Counted from the whole stretch's first letter, positions 12,896-26,675 are shown. The stretch: DNA of 63,165 bases, filler included, from Octopus bimaculoides (GCF_001194135.2; 7 parts of 5 records of this genome joined end to end with filler, not necessarily neighbours in it), one strand, 5' to 3'. Notes: a model not told the origin generated them from the sequence alone. Translations and numbers: made by a program.

Positions 12896-12980
12896 ATTAC
12901 ACGAGTGATAGTCTTTAAATATTTGATAACAATCCGGGTCGATTCTAGGTGTCAAACATTACAATAAGGGTTTGTAGCTC
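12896..12980 (-). pseudogene. Paralog B exon 3 (G)SYKPLL*CLTPRIDPDCYQIFKDYHSCN with a premature TAA at 12959-12961
   Basis: gtttggtacttccag| ... |gtaagt; 85 nt, phase 2 to 0. Same length and Cys positions as the intact exon at 21669-21753. Confidence 0.85.
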
Positions 12981-13730
12981 CTGGAAGTACCAAACATATC
13001 AGAGGGCGTCATTTAAAACACGAAGGAACACACAGATTTATGTAAATCCAATTTAATGTACCTGGAATTCGCAATCGTTAGTAAGACAACAATATCTCTG
13101 CTCATCTTTCGTTGCTATTTGCATATCCCACACTCGCACACAAATATGCAGGAGGTTAGTACGCTTTAGGCAATCAGTGGCAGGAATGCAAAGCAAAATA
13201 TGGAATGTGTACGTTCACAGACACTAAGAATATACTTCTGTCGAAGGTAATACACTTTTTCCAATATCGAAGTTACGAGGAATTTCGATAAGTTAAATAT
13301 TATAGCTCGTGTTTAGCAAATATGAGTGCGTACATAAATCCTTGTCAAAGGAGTGGAACAAGTAAAATTTAGGATACATATGTTGCCTAGTTAGCAGATC
13401 CTCTGATGTAATAATTAGTCAACGATGGGTTCTGATCAAGCTTCTCATCAAGCCGAGGAAACATTCATTACATTGTCGTTTCTGAATCTCAAGTCGACAA
13501 TTACATAATCAACTATGAATTTGTGTGTAAATCAAATATATNNNNNNNNNNNNNNNNNNNNNNNNNNNNNNNNNNNNNNNNNNNNNNNNNNNNNNNNNNN
13601 NNNNNNNNNNNNNNNNNNNNNNNNNNNNNNNNNNNNNNTATATATATATAATTGCAGCGTGGAAGGTGTTTATAAGCCATTTAAAATAACACACAAAATC
13701 CGTTAGATTCACTTCAACATTAAAATTTAA

Positions 13731-13781
13731 TTTGTCAAAATATTTTCGTCGCTTTGAGACCGCGACCTGTTCAGTGACAAA
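13731..13781 (-). ncRNA. Minimal type I hammerhead-like motif with a non-canonical core (CUGAACA) in a Penelope-type repeat
   Basis: The minus strand reads UUUGUCA CUGAACA G GUCGC-loop-GCGAC GAAA AUAUU U UGACAAA: 7-bp stem I, 5-bp stem II and palindromic stem III. G8 is replaced by C. Confidence 0.5.
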
Positions 13782-13884
13782 ATTCTGTGCTGCATATGTA
13801 CATATGCTTCTTGGGGTAATTGTGTTGATATGTTTTTGCTCTTGTTATATATAATAATTATCGTAGTTTTTGTATAATACACAC

Positions 13885-13982
13885 CCGCAGTCGTTTTCTT
13901 CCATATGCAATTTTAATTGGGTCTCGCAAATTTTTTTGTGCTACCGTCTCGCAACTCTCCCAATTGGCCGAGGTTGCTCCAT
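13885..13982 (-). pseudogene. Paralog B exon 2 (N)GATSANWESCETVAQK-fs-ICETQLKLHMEENDC(G), with a +1 frameshift in an A7 run
   Basis: 98 nt versus 97 in A; acceptor tacattaaag|AT and donor GG|gtgtgt are conserved. Confidence 0.85.
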
Positions 13983-14892
13983 CTTTAATGTATAAATAAA
14001 ATCATTTTTGTCTATCAAATTGAACATTTCCATAACCACATGAAACTATTTGAAAGATTTAATTCATGTGTTTAACCATTATACTCATCAAGTAGCCCAT
14101 ATTTTATATTGTAAAAACTGAGGTTGCGTCATAAAATTTCGGTATAAATCAAGCAAGAATCTGCTGAAGTAGATGCCGGTCAAATGCTTGACTCGGATTA
14201 TTTTCGATTTCTCGAAAATAAAAGATAACATGTTTCATGCTCGTTCAGATATCACCAACGGCTTCATCCAGCCGTACATTCTTAATATTATAATAACGAA
14301 ACAGTCTACTTTATCAATGAAACTCTGTTAAGGACATCCAACCCATGTCACTATTATAGTTATTCAATATTTCAGTTCAAATATCAACCGGGATTTACTT
14401 TATTGTGGTTTCTCTTTCAAAGTTACAACTATATATTTTCAGAAAGTTATAGCTATAATGTTTGCATATCATGTGTCATGTAAATATTTGGAATTTTTGT
14501 CTTTTAAGTTGGGAATATATTTTTAATAAGATATGAGCGATTTTAGAATGTTATGCAGTAATAGGTGCTGTTTTGAAAAGCATTCACAGAATAACATTTA
14601 TGTAATACAAGATTTGCTTTTTTGCATAATTTAGGATCAATTGAAATTTGATAATATATCTTTAACCTTTCCTCATGGGTTAACTACATATGTCTGTGTG
14701 CGTGTGAATTTATGTTTGTGCTTGTGCGTGTGTTTGTTTGTGTGTGTGTGTGTATTTGCGTGTTTAAGAAGCAACCGAAATAGCTCATTTTTAGATTGTA
14801 TTTGGTGTTCGTCAGGAATGATAAGACAGAAAGTCATTACTTTTATCTCTGTTAATAAAATCATGTTTAATCCTTACTCACTTCATCATAAT

Positions 14893-15515
14893 CGCAAACG
14901 GTCTGAACTGACCTGGGCCAAAAACCAAGTCTTTTACGATGGTTTTGCGTTGTACCCACCATATCTCTGTGTATAAGAGAAGACAAGATGTCATCAGTCT
15001 CTACTTCTGCTTTCCACTTCCTGGCTGATTCACCTCTGGTCGGTTAAACCTGATTTCCATGTCCTTCGATTCTGTAAGCAGCATCACCGTCCGTATCTTC
15101 CCCAGTTTATATATTTCGACTATTCACGCTAATGATAACTGCAAAGAACGTCTTTATCGATAAAAAGCTGAACTGTTCAACATCCGAGGTAGGCCTTGCC
15201 ATTTTCTAATGAACACATTACATTTTTATTCAATGATCGGAACTCGTGACAAGGCTCCCTCGTATATTAAAAGTGGCCACGAAATTCGCGGGTAAAAGCC
15301 AAACTGCAAGCACCAATTTATATAGTTACCTGGTAACTTCGAGTTATCAATCGCTGATAATCCACCCTCGGCTTGTTTCATAATTTCCATTCCGCGACTT
15401 CTATCTGACAATGTTCCAGCGTATACTGGTCCCAAGCTCTTGAAGGGTTCTTCTTTGACTGTTGGAATGCTTTCTATAGCTATTCGAAACTTAAATTCTT
15501 TCTGCACTCCCTTTA
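14893..15515 (-). mobile_element. HERO/NeSL-like (R2 group) non-LTR retrotransposon fragment in paralog B intron 1
   Basis: IPTVKEEPFKSLG..GLSAIDNSKLPG..WCLQFGFYPRISWPLLIYE, then IRKWQGLPRML..RKWKAEVE..HRDMVG. This resembles the post-RT region of HERO-type elements; stops and frameshifts are present. Confidence 0.75.
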
Positions 15516-16357
15516 AAATGTCAGACTACGCGACTTTTTTTGCTTAAACCGCATCCCTGACCGCCTCACTATTTCATCTAATCTCAAGAGGGCATTGTGT
15601 ATGATTTGTTTATCTGTAGCTAGAATTGTCACGTCATCTTGAGCCTTCTTAGGCGATTGCACATGGTGGATTTTGAGATTTTTCTCGAAACATTCATCCT
15701 CAAGGTGTTGTCTTACTTTTTCAATTCATCTGTTAATGACTCCATTTACAAAAGGTAGTTTCCTCGTTTGTATAAATTTATTTTTTAGAAAATAATTTGC
15801 AAGCATCAGCCTCATCATTTAAGCGGTTACAATGGCTTATCCCGTTCGGTTAAAATGGTTTATTCGTGTGCTTTGTTTCTCTTTTTTTTACGAGATGATT
15901 ACATTGTTTTACATTTCGGAAGTATGAACATTTGAATAACACCATCGTTTAACTCCATTTCTTAATTTATATATGTGTGTATGTGTGTGTGTCACTGTGG
16001 ACGCACGTATGAGTGTGTGCGCGCATGTGTGTGTGTGAGTGTGTGTTTGTTCGTTGTGTATAATAATGGAGCAAGAGCATAAAATGGAACAAGAAATAAA
16101 AGAAGGAACTCTTGAGATAGGAATATAAGAGATGCTTCGACACCTGTCACGTGTAAGAAAAGGCGAGACGTAGGGGGCAGAGGGATTGAAGAATTAGGGG
16201 GAAAAAGAGAAAGAGAGGTAATCAAAGGGATATAGAGAAAGGTACAAGGGAAATAAACGAAGATGAAAGGAAGGTGATCACAGAAAGAGAAATCCAAGAA
16301 ATGTGAGAAAGGGGGGAGCGAGAAAAAGAAAAGAGGAAAGAAGGAAGATAGATAGAT

Positions 16358-16464
<107 letters not shown>

Positions 16465-16643
16465 AAGCTTAATAATAGTTAGAAAAATATGAAAGAAGAT
16501 GAAAGAAAATATGAATAAATGTAGTTGTTTCGTGAGAATTGTACAATTTAAATGCTAGAAACATAGATGCCCTGATTGATATAATCATCGCCATCTAAGA
16601 TCTCAATACCAATTCTAAAGGAATACTTAACATATATACTTAC

Positions 16644-16680
16644 TAAGAAGAATTAGAAAAATAAATAGAGAAGATTTCAT
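16644..16680 (-). pseudogene. Paralog B exon 1, signal peptide MKSSLFIFLILL
   Basis: ATG..CTT A|gtaagt, phase 1; 30/37 nt identical to A exon 1. Gives MKSSLFIFLILLNGATSA-NW when spliced to exon 2. Confidence 0.85.
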
Positions 16681-17182
16681 TATGCCGTTGCCTCAGGTAG
16701 GAATCATCAGATTGAAGTTATCTGCAGACAGAGGTTTCTTAAATAAATATGCATGATGTAACATGTTTTGCTCTTGATATAGGTATACGCTAATTGCTCT
16801 TAATGTTTGTTCATATAGAAATATTTGACATTGAATATTCTATATTTGACATTTGAAGAATTTATGTACATATTCATTTTTCTTGTGCCATTCTGGTCAT
16901 TAATGGGAATTGACGCGTCTATGCGATCGTATTTAAGACTCACAATGTATGATGTATCACAACCGAGGCTTACGAATTGAATAAGTGTTTATGGAAAGAG
17001 AGGAATAAACATAACCGTGAAACATATTTTATTAAATGTATCTCTGTAGCACTAATACTCTTGCCAGGCTAGAGTCATCCCGTCGTCAGGAATATAGAGT
17101 GTACACCGCCGATGTATTGATATATATCAATGCATATATATACATGTGTGTCTGTCTGTCTGTCTGTCTGTGTGTACATGTG

Positions 17183-17235
<53 letters not shown>

Positions 17236-17238
<3 letters not shown>

Positions 17239-19378
17239 AGTATGCCAGACTTGTTCGGGAACCTGCTGCCGAATGTCTAAGCGAGCCGGCAGCAGAACGG
17301 TTTTCTTCCCAGATCTGTGCGCCGAGGAGTGGTGAGGCTTCTCAGAAAAGACCCGGACAAGGGGGAATCCATTGATAATTTTCGGCCCATCATCATACTA
17401 ACCGCAGAGTTGGAGATTTTGGCCAAAGTGTTATCGAAAAATCTCGCGTGGATGGTTTGATCGGGGAGGCACAGATATGTGCCGTTCCCAGGAGAACCAT
17501 CCAGGATAATCTCCATCTTATACTGTACAATTTAGAGGGGCTTAAAGTGATTCTCGTAAGGGTGGGTCACTGGTCAGTTTATACCAATCTAAGGCATTTG
17601 ATAGGGTTGACCATCGCTACCTGGTGTCTGTTCTGGCGCAGTTCGTCCTGGGTCTTGGCTCGGTAGTTTCGGGTGAACGGCTTCTTATCGAGTCCGTTCA
17701 ACATCAAACACTCGGTTCGTCAAGCGTGTCCGCTCTCCCTCCTCTTGTACGTGATGCCTCTTGAGCCATTACTGCGAAAATTGAGCGGCATCCTCAGACA
17801 GCTAGGTTGTGGAAAATCGGTTTCAGCTGACGCGGATAACATCACCATCATCATAACCGAATGGATCACCTACAGAGGGTAGCCAAGGCCATTAAGGTTT
17901 AAGATACGGTGGGATGAGAAACAATTAATTGTGATAAGTCAGTCGGCTTGCAGCTCGGTACCTGGAGAGGCAAGTCGATGCCTCCTGACAGTGTCTTGGG
18001 ATATTGGACGGAGTGCCCGATTACGTTGCTAGGAGTTTGGTTTAGACCAGACCTCTAAATAGAGAAGAACTGGTCAAAGGTATCGAGCAGGGTGACCCAC
18101 ATAGTCAAGACCTGTTCTTGGCGTTGGCTATCCCTGAAAGGGAGGGCGGAGGTAGCCAATGTGTTCATCGCATCGGTCATAACCTACCACCAAACTGTCG
18201 CTCCTTGCCCTGATTCGTGGTCGATTAAGCTGGAAAGACAGCTCTTCCACTTTTTGTGGAACGGCTCGAAACCGATTGTGAGACTTCTATTTGCTGCCAA
18301 CAACCGTTAAAGGGTGGACTAGGGATGCCTTGGTTGTTGATGCGTGAGGTTGAGGCATCTGTGGCTCTACCTGAATGGTGAACGGGCGTGGTCTCCGCTG
18401 GCGAAACGGATGTTTCCCAAGTTCACTAGTTTCATTCAACGGGAATCCTGGTTCTATCGAGGATCGAAGTTGGGTACATGGTTTACGGAGTGTCGGAAAG
18501 CTCTCCCGCTATTGCATCGCTTGGACAATGCCTCCGGTGGAACCTCCACCGCATTCTTTTATAGAGGGCTTGTAGAGGCGGAATGTGACGATAACTTAGG
18601 GATAATCCTAGGTCTCGACGATAATCAGCTGGGCAGTAATTTCGGAAGTCTCTGGCATGGCAGTGTTACAGAGGACCCTTACCTGTTCGGGACAAGCTCA
18701 CAAGGCATCGTGGCTGTGGCCCTTAGACCTGACCAAGATGAGGACGCGATAGGAAAATCTTCCTGCACGCCATTGTTCAATGTTTGGATGTGTCAGACGT
18801 GTGGGTTTATGCTGAACAACTGTTGTCAAATGCACGAAGAGTATAACTATCGACTTAGTCTATAGTAAAAATTGACCCGACCGATTTCCTTTCGAAAGAA
18901 GGTAAGAATTATTTTCGCATTGTAGTAGCAATTGTGAGAAAAATAATTTGGAGAACGAAGCTGAAAGTGTTAAAGTCAGGCACTTTCATCTCTGGCTCTG
19001 ACTTGGTGAATTACTTCACCTTTCACCTTAAAATTAAAATAGGGCTAGAGAGAACATGTCTGACTGCGAACATGTTTGAAAATCGATGGAAGAATGTAAC
19101 ACGGATGTTGCGTGTAGATGGAACCTCATGAAAGCGATACAGGATGTATCTCAGGTATCAGTGGCGAGGCGAGGCTCGTGGGGTCTGAATTAAACCCACC
19201 GCCCACTCCATCCGTAATGTCTTCCGGTCTGTCCTACCATTCAATTTTATTATATTTTCCTATTTTTCGTAAAACTTTTAATGTCATTTTATTTTGTATA
19301 ATCATTTGCTCATCTGACCCCAAAATCGGATTATGTTGTCTCCTCTTCGTTAGCCCCTTGTAGGTAATAAAATATCAA
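17236..19378 (+). mobile_element. Decayed Tx1/L1-clade LINE ORF2 (RT and downstream) with 3' end
   Basis: NFRPIIILTAELEILAKV, QICAVPRRTIQDNL, SKAFDRVDHRYL, SVRQACPLSLLLYV, ADADNITII, LSLKGRAEVAN; multiple stops and frameshifts. Confidence 0.9.
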
Positions 19379-19674
19379 TTTTATAACCTCACATATAATT
19401 TCACATATAATTTTATTTTCTATTATTTAAGTCTACGAACTATATTTGAAATTAAGAACAATGTAATGGATTTTATACAAAACTAGCGTTGTCTTTAATT
19501 CTGATTAACATTGAAGCACTAAATAATAGTGAACATTAAAATTATAGGAACTCGTAAAACAAATATATAATTATATATTTCAGGTGTTTATTCATTCCAA
19601 GTATTGATACATTTCAAAATTACAAGATTCAATCATCGAAACGACTCAGTGAATAGTGCAATCAAAATATTATT

Positions 19675-19749
19675 TCAAACTTGTACCTTGTTAAGTATTA
19701 ATAAGGTAACCGCAAGTGCAGAAAGAACTACTGATGAGTGAACAGTCAC
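19675..19749 (-). CDS. Paralog C distal terminal exon, hydrophobic tail VTVHSSVVLSALAVTLLILNKVQV*
   Basis: cctattctttttacag|GTG; phase 0, open to TGA; homologous to 10105-10161. Confidence 0.65.
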   Translation of the reverse strand: MTVHSSVVLSALAVTLLILNKVQV

Positions 19750-20548
19750 CTGTAAAAAGAATAGGAATGCATGTTAGACATAAATATTGTAAGTACTGTC
19801 ATGTGAATTATGGAAGTATGTTAATGTGTACATATTTTTAATTTATCAAAGGATTCCATGGGACACAGTATATGGAGGTGTTTTTTTTTAACTGTTGATG
19901 CTTTGAAGAAATAGGCGAAGAGCATAAACTCCTAGAAAAACCCCACCAGAATGAAACCCATATCGTCACTGACCAGTTGCCGTGACATAGATAAAAAGGA
20001 ACGAGAGTGGAAATTATGGTGTAGGCGAAGTTTGAGACTGTGCTATTCCTCTCATAGAAATATAGCAATTTTGGCTACGTATAGCTATTGAATATATATG
20101 AACGATCCAAAATTATCGATAAATTCATACTAAGATTATATAGCACCAGTCATTACTTTGCAAGGTAATATAATTTTAATACGTATTTCACCTCGTTTGT
20201 ATCTTGATAAACGCATTATCATAGTTAATATGTGTTTATCGCAGTGATATAGAAATTGTTATGTATTCTATTTATTTTCGCAGTCCTATCATAAAAATCA
20301 TTAACTTGCAATGGATATATTACAATTATATAATTCTAGTACTTTAATTATTGACAAAGTTATTAGACACTGGTGTCATTACTGTAGAATGTCTAATGGA
20401 TACGCTGAAGATTGAGTGTGGATTGAGAAATAGTATTGTAATCACGGTTGCAATAAATTTTTAATTTGTGAATCGTGCTGTAGAATTGAAGTAGAATCAA
20501 GGATAATGTAATTATTGCCCCCACAGTTCTTAAAATGAAATCACCTAC

Positions 20549-20566
20549 CTTCTCTTGTCTACTAGA
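20549..20566 (-). CDS. Paralog C 18-nt micro-exon SSRQEK
   Basis: cgttttcttttcag|TCTAGTAGACAAGAGAAG|gtaggt; phase 0-0; same position as the 21-nt micro-exon of B. Confidence 0.7.
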
Positions 20567-20690
20567 CTGAAAAGAAAACGAAAGTTCGTCAATATGAGTG
20601 CCAAAAAAGTGTATTTAATTAATCTTTGCAAATATATATGTATTAATTAGGTTGATATTAATTTCACGTTACAATGATCATTAACGGTTG

Positions 20691-20759
<69 letters not shown>

Positions 20760-21668
20760 TTATATGTGATCAGTGATAATTGAGGAGAAGAACTAAATTT
20801 GCTGTCAGCTGTGCACATTAATTGTTGTAGTTGATGAAATATGATTGTATTAAAATACCACAGGCTGTTAATTCTAACTTACAGATACGCCAAAAAGCGA
20901 TGCGAAACATAACGCTAGCGAGATATTTCGAAAAGGGAGTATCATCTTTCAAACGTCTGTTGATATTGAAACTAAATTTCAACGAGAGGCAGTCGCTGAG
21001 TTATATTTAATAAAACCAGTAAAACATAGTTTTGTATTGAAGCGTTTACTTCACAATGAAATAAAAATGATAAACAGCTTACGGCGGAGTCTTTGTACAT
21101 AATGTATACACCACATAAATGTGGGACACCCTTTAACAACATTGAGGCAATTTGTGATCCATGTAGCATATTTGTAACATCTGCGTCATAATACGCTCAC
21201 AAATAATTTAATGAAAACTCGTAATTGAAAATATTTTTGAATTCTTATGACTATATATATTTGACAGTGTAACATGCTTATGGAAAATCTGCTTTCTTTG
21301 CTCCTAGTGTTCATAAGATACGTGTAATGTATAAAAATATATGTCTGTTTATGATATTTGTATTCACAACCACGCCTGTCGGTGGTAATCGTTCTCCGTA
21401 TCAAAGTTAACCTTTTATTTCTACCACAACAATGGCATAGATGCAAAGCAAAAATAATACATTATGTCTTAGGGCTATATTAAGAATAGAGTGCAATATC
21501 AGTTTAAATCTATTCCGCAACTGATCATTATGTTCTGTTTCGCGTGCCCGAAGGCATTTGGTTGAGGCTTAATAGATATCAGACAACAACATATCTTTCC
21601 GAAAGAAGCTTTTATTTGAAGAGTGAGATTTAAACTAAGGCAACATCAAAGCGTGAAACGTAACTTAC

Positions 21669-21753
21669 GTGGCAGGGGTGAGACACTCTAAATAATTCGT
21701 AACATTCCTTGTCAGCTACACCCGCAGCACAGTGCAGGAAATGTTTGTAACTT
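21669..21753 (-). CDS. Paralog C exon 3 (G)SYKHFLHCAAGVADKECYELFRVSHPCH
   Basis: cttccgtttttccag| ... |gtaagt; 85 nt, phase 2 to 0, open; continues in frame from 23315. Confidence 0.85.
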
Positions 21754-22530
21754 CTGGAAAAACGGAAGACAATTTGGGAAGAACATTTACAAAACGAACA
21801 TTCAATCTCTATATAGAAAATAAAAGATTATAGTCAATTCAATTCCAGATATATTAAACTATTGTTTGTAAAGCGATAAAATATCATAATAAAGAAAAAA
21901 GATATTTGAAAGAAAATATATATATTAACGTATCATCTGTTGTACTGTACCCTTAAGAAATTTATCACTTAAAAAGATTTCGATTAAGAGATATTTTATC
22001 AGCGTAGGTTAACATCATCATATGTGATATACCTGTTGTGTCGACGCGCCCAGGCGAAGAAGTAGAGGCCCCCAAGTCATATAAATAGAGGTAGTCTGGC
22101 TGTGGCAGGGGTGTTGAATAGCTGTTGAGTAGCAGTCGAGTAGCGGTTGACTAGAGATCGTCCGAAGGTGCTACATAGCAGTATCTTGAGACATAACAAT
22201 ACCACGACATGAAAATTTACATACATGATCTCTATAGTAAATGGATGAACTATTTTGCATTTGAATACGAAAGCAAAATTTGGAATTTGGATACGATTGT
22301 GTGACATGATGGATAACAGCCAGGTACATGCTAACACGTATTCGGAAAGTCCCAATGGAAATTGAAGTATTACAATGGATGGAAGGAATGACTTCAAAAA
22401 TAGGAAATCAAAGGGGTGGGATACTCTTGGAGGACAAAATTTGAATGGCTATGACGTCAGCTGTTGTGTGCATCTTCCTCGAAACGATTTCACCATCATT
22501 TCGATTTACGTCTTCCTTATTTCGTTGCGA

Positions 22531-22565
<35 letters not shown>

Positions 22566-22689
22566 TATGCAAGACACGATGTGCAAATTGTTCTCATATT
22601 ATATTTTCTATTTCCACGCATACGCTGTGTTTGTCTTTGATTTTATTGACTACACAATATAGTAGGTTCAGTTAGGCATCTTCTGTGAG

Positions 22690-23285
22690 AAAAACGACGC
22701 CATGTCGCAATTCACTCTGCCAGAAATTTGGGAAAGACATGCTGTTACTGCTTGGCATTCGCATCGGAAGCTCCAGTAGGAACATTTCAGAGTGTTTGGG
22801 TATCAATCTGAGGAAAGTGCAATTTGAGCACACGTACGATAAAAATCAAACATCCAGCCATCATCATGGAGTTTTGTGCGATCACTGGTGATGGCGAAGC
22901 TGTACCTGCATTGATTTTCCATCACAGCCTCAGACTCAACACGGAGTCATACATCAAATGCGTGGATAAGGTTCTGCAAGAGAGCAGCTGCTGGAAAATC
23001 TTATGTCTGGCAACAGGATTTTGCACGATGCAACAGAAGCAAGGGAACCCAGTCATGGCTGTCAAATAATTTCTGCGACCACCAACCTTCCCAGACTGTA
23101 AACCCCGTGATTATTGTTTGAAGCATGCAGTTGAACGAGAGACCAACAAACTTCTAACACCAAGGATGAACCGAAGGCATGGATTATGGCAACATTCATC
23201 AACTTAAACAAGGACGACAACCAGAAAAGTTGTAAGAGTTTCCGAGGTCGTCTGAAGGCTATGGCTTAAGTTAATAGCAAGTGAT
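22690..23285 (+). mobile_element. Decayed Tc1/mariner-superfamily (maT-like) transposase fragment in paralog C intron 2
   Basis: KHPAIIMEFCAITGDGE..LRLNTESYIKC, WQQD(F)A, PDCKPRDY, AVERETNK, IMATFINLNK. Confidence 0.75.
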
Positions 23286-23314
23286 ATTTAGCTTAGATCT
23301 TATAGGATAAATAC

Positions 23315-23420
23315 CCGCAGTCCTTTTCCTTTTTCAGATAAGGTGTAAGTTCCGAAGAGCAATTTTGTTTTGCTTTAGTCCTGCAAGTTTTCCAAATGGT
23401 CATGTTTTTGGTTTCTCCAC
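23315..23420 (-). CDS. Paralog C exon 2 xGETKNMTIWKTCRTKAKQNCSSELTPYLKKEKDC(G)
   Basis: ttttatttcaattgttag| ... GG|gtattt; 106 nt, phase 1 to 2, open. Flanking intron sequence is homologous to A and B. Confidence 0.85.
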
Positions 23421-25404
23421 CTAACAATTGAAATAAAAATATTATTTTATATTAAATTGAACATTTCCACATCCATAGTGAGAAAAGATATTACGGCATA
23501 TAATTCATGTCTGTAACTACTATACACAAAAAGAAAGCTGCAAGATTATATTGTAAACACTGAGGCTATGTGATAATATTTCTGTATATATTTCTGGAGA
23601 AGCTGTTGAAGTAGACGCTTGTGATATAGTTGATTTCGATTATGCTTGATTGTTATATTGATTTTATACTATTATAAATCTCTCTCTATATAAATTTAGC
23701 TAAACATATGCTGGCCACTGATAAAATGTTTAATGACTTTACTTCGGGACCGTTTAGTCACTGCCGTACTACTCTGACAACATACACACATGAGGTGGAC
23801 TACGAATTTCGATGCGTATATATTTGTGTTATGTTTGCGTAATCTCAGTTTGCCTGTGCGTTTCTCTGGGTATGTAAAAATATTTCATTTATTTCCTTCA
23901 GTATGTTTTGCAAAGGAAGGAAATATGCTCGTGGTAGGGCCTCCAGAATGCTCATCGTTTTCTTGGACCTTTTTGCTGCCTTTGAATCCCCCATCCCGCA
24001 TGCAACATTGCATAGAACCCATCAATTTCTCACGGAATCCGCTTTTTTTCTAAAAGGATAAGGCAGAATATGTAAGTTTTCTTTTTTAAAATTGCTGTGG
24101 TGGAATCTAAGTTCATCTTACTCATTTCTACAATTAATTTTCGACTTTTGTACCTTCGAAACACCGTTTCCCCATTCCTATTGTTGAATCCCACCTTCGA
24201 TATTATCTTTATACGTTTTCCTGTCGTTGTTAGCGGTGAGATTTTCGATTTCAGCATATTTTTCTTTCAACTATTACCCTTCAATGTCTTGCATATATTT
24301 TGAAAGAATTCATCCTTTGGGATCACTTGTTCATTGTATTTAGAGTTCTGACATTAATTTGATTTTTTATCAGTCATCTGCGGTTGTTTTTACTTTTGGT
24401 GGCTTCAGAGAAAATGACAGATCACTACATCATTTGACACTATACGTCATGGAAAGCCTATCACCTCCATACAAAATCCTATTTAAAAAAAAGGGTAACA
24501 CAATTGTTTGTGGGTTGTATTGAATCCAAAATGTAGACATCAAAATAAACGAGAATTTGTCAGACGCAACGTATATACAAGTAATGTAAATGAAATGTGC
24601 TTCATATACTCAGGGAGCCACACCAAAACAATGTTAATGGCATGAACATAAGGGAAAACTAGTGCGCTTTTGAGACATGTTTATTGACAGGCACGATAAC
24701 TTGCTATAGAAGAGAAAATAGACAATGAAAGGCAAAATATCAATTCTAAAACTATAAAGATATTTGTTAGTAATAAAAGAAAAGAGAAATTATAAGACGA
24801 AATTATAAGGAAGAAGCAGAGAAGATTGAAAACGTATAACAAAAAGGAACTTGTGTTTAGGAGAAAAAAACGTATTAAGACAAAATCTATCTACAAACTT
24901 TTCAAAAGTTAAAAGAACATTTATAAGAATGAAAAATATCTTCACAACAAACAAATTCAGACTGCAACTGAAACTGTTTATAGGAAATATATTATATCAT
25001 TCGTCATCTAAGAGTAAGAATCTTAATGTGCTGACGTATCTAAAAATGACAGACAAATATAAAATGAAGTCTTCGCACAGACTGAGCAAAAGAAGCTGAA
25101 AAGTCAGTGTAACTAATGCTACAATGCGAGGAAACTGAAAGTACAATGCGACGGATTAACGAGAATCAACGCAACAACGCTATTATATTTAGGACGCACT
25201 ATGTCATTCGTGCCCCTTGTTAGAGCTATCCAAACTATAAGAGTTGATTGAGCGAGAAAAAAAGAGGCCGACACACAGCTTTGTTAATTTTTGACATCAA
25301 ATAGCGTGCTTGCGTGGTAGATGCTCGCTTTTGGTTTAATGGAAGGCTTGGCAATGCGACGTCTCGCAACGTGTAGAAACGATAGTGATACATTTATATA
25401 TCGT

Positions 25405-25461
<57 letters not shown>

Positions 25462-25814
25462 NNNNNNNNNNNNNNNNNNNNNNNNNNNNNNNNNNNNNNN
25501 NNNNNTTAATTAATTAANNNNNNNNNNNNNNNNNNNNNNNNNNNNNNNNNNNNNNNNNNNNATATATATGTGTGTATGTATGTATGTATGTATATATGTA
25601 TGTATGTATGTATGTATGTACGTGAACACAATACAGCCATATTTACCATTTATAGAATTTTTTCGTGCATGTAGTTGGGTATTTAGTTTTTGTCTTGTCT
25701 TAAATAGTGACAGGCCTCCAGGTGAAAACTATAGTTAACAACATCTTTAATCGGTTGTGTTACATGCCGACAATGATACGAATGTACCAACATACATATA
25801 TACAACTGCATCTA

Positions 25815-25858
<44 letters not shown>

Positions 25859-26385
25859 AGTTAGTCACATATATATATATATATGTATATCATAGATAGC
25901 GTTTATAGGTTGATAGATAAATATGTTAACATTTGTATATAGCTTTATCTGTACGTGTGTTTGTCTTTATATACATGTTTGTCTCTCCCCATCTTTCCCT
26001 GTCCCCTTTTCTCTCTCCCCTTCCATACACAGATATAAACAAATATGCGCACGCATATGCTTGCNNNNNNNNNNNNNNNNNNNNNNNNNNNNNNNNNNNN
26101 NNNNNNNNNNNNNNNNNNNNNNNNNNNNNNNNNNNNNNNNNNNNNNNNNNNNNNNNNNNNNNNNNNNNNNNNNNNNNNNNNNNNNNNNNNNNNNNNNNNN
26201 NNNNNNNNNNNNNNNNNNNNNNNNNNNNNNNNNNNNNNNNNNNNNNNNNNNNNNNNNNNNNNNNNNNNNNNNNNNNNNNNNNNNNNNNNNNNNNNNNNNN
26301 NNNNNNNNNNNNNNNNNNNNNNNNNNNNNNNNNNNNNNNNNNNNNNNNNNNNNNNNNGAGCCCTGTGTGGCTAATAAAAGAAATG

Positions 26386-26428
<43 letters not shown>

Positions 26429-26469
26429 ATATATATATATATATATATATTTATTATATATATATATGT

Positions 26470-26627
26470 ATATATACATATATACGTAGATATATGTATA
26501 CACACAAATATACATATACACACACACATAAATATGCGACCAAAAGCATATACATATAATTGCATATAAAATAATGTGCATGTATCTGTGTGTGTATATA
26601 CATACATATATATGTGTGTATGTGTGC

Positions 26628-26675
<48 letters not shown>

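Noticed and set aside
21580-21609. Alternative exon 4 just after exon 3 (LLSERYVVV* in C; QSFLSEKN.. in B at about 12824)
   Set aside because: The acceptors are not at the same aligned position, the C acceptor is purine-rich, and the introns would be only about 60-70 nt. The micro-exon has stronger conserved sites. Not fully excluded.
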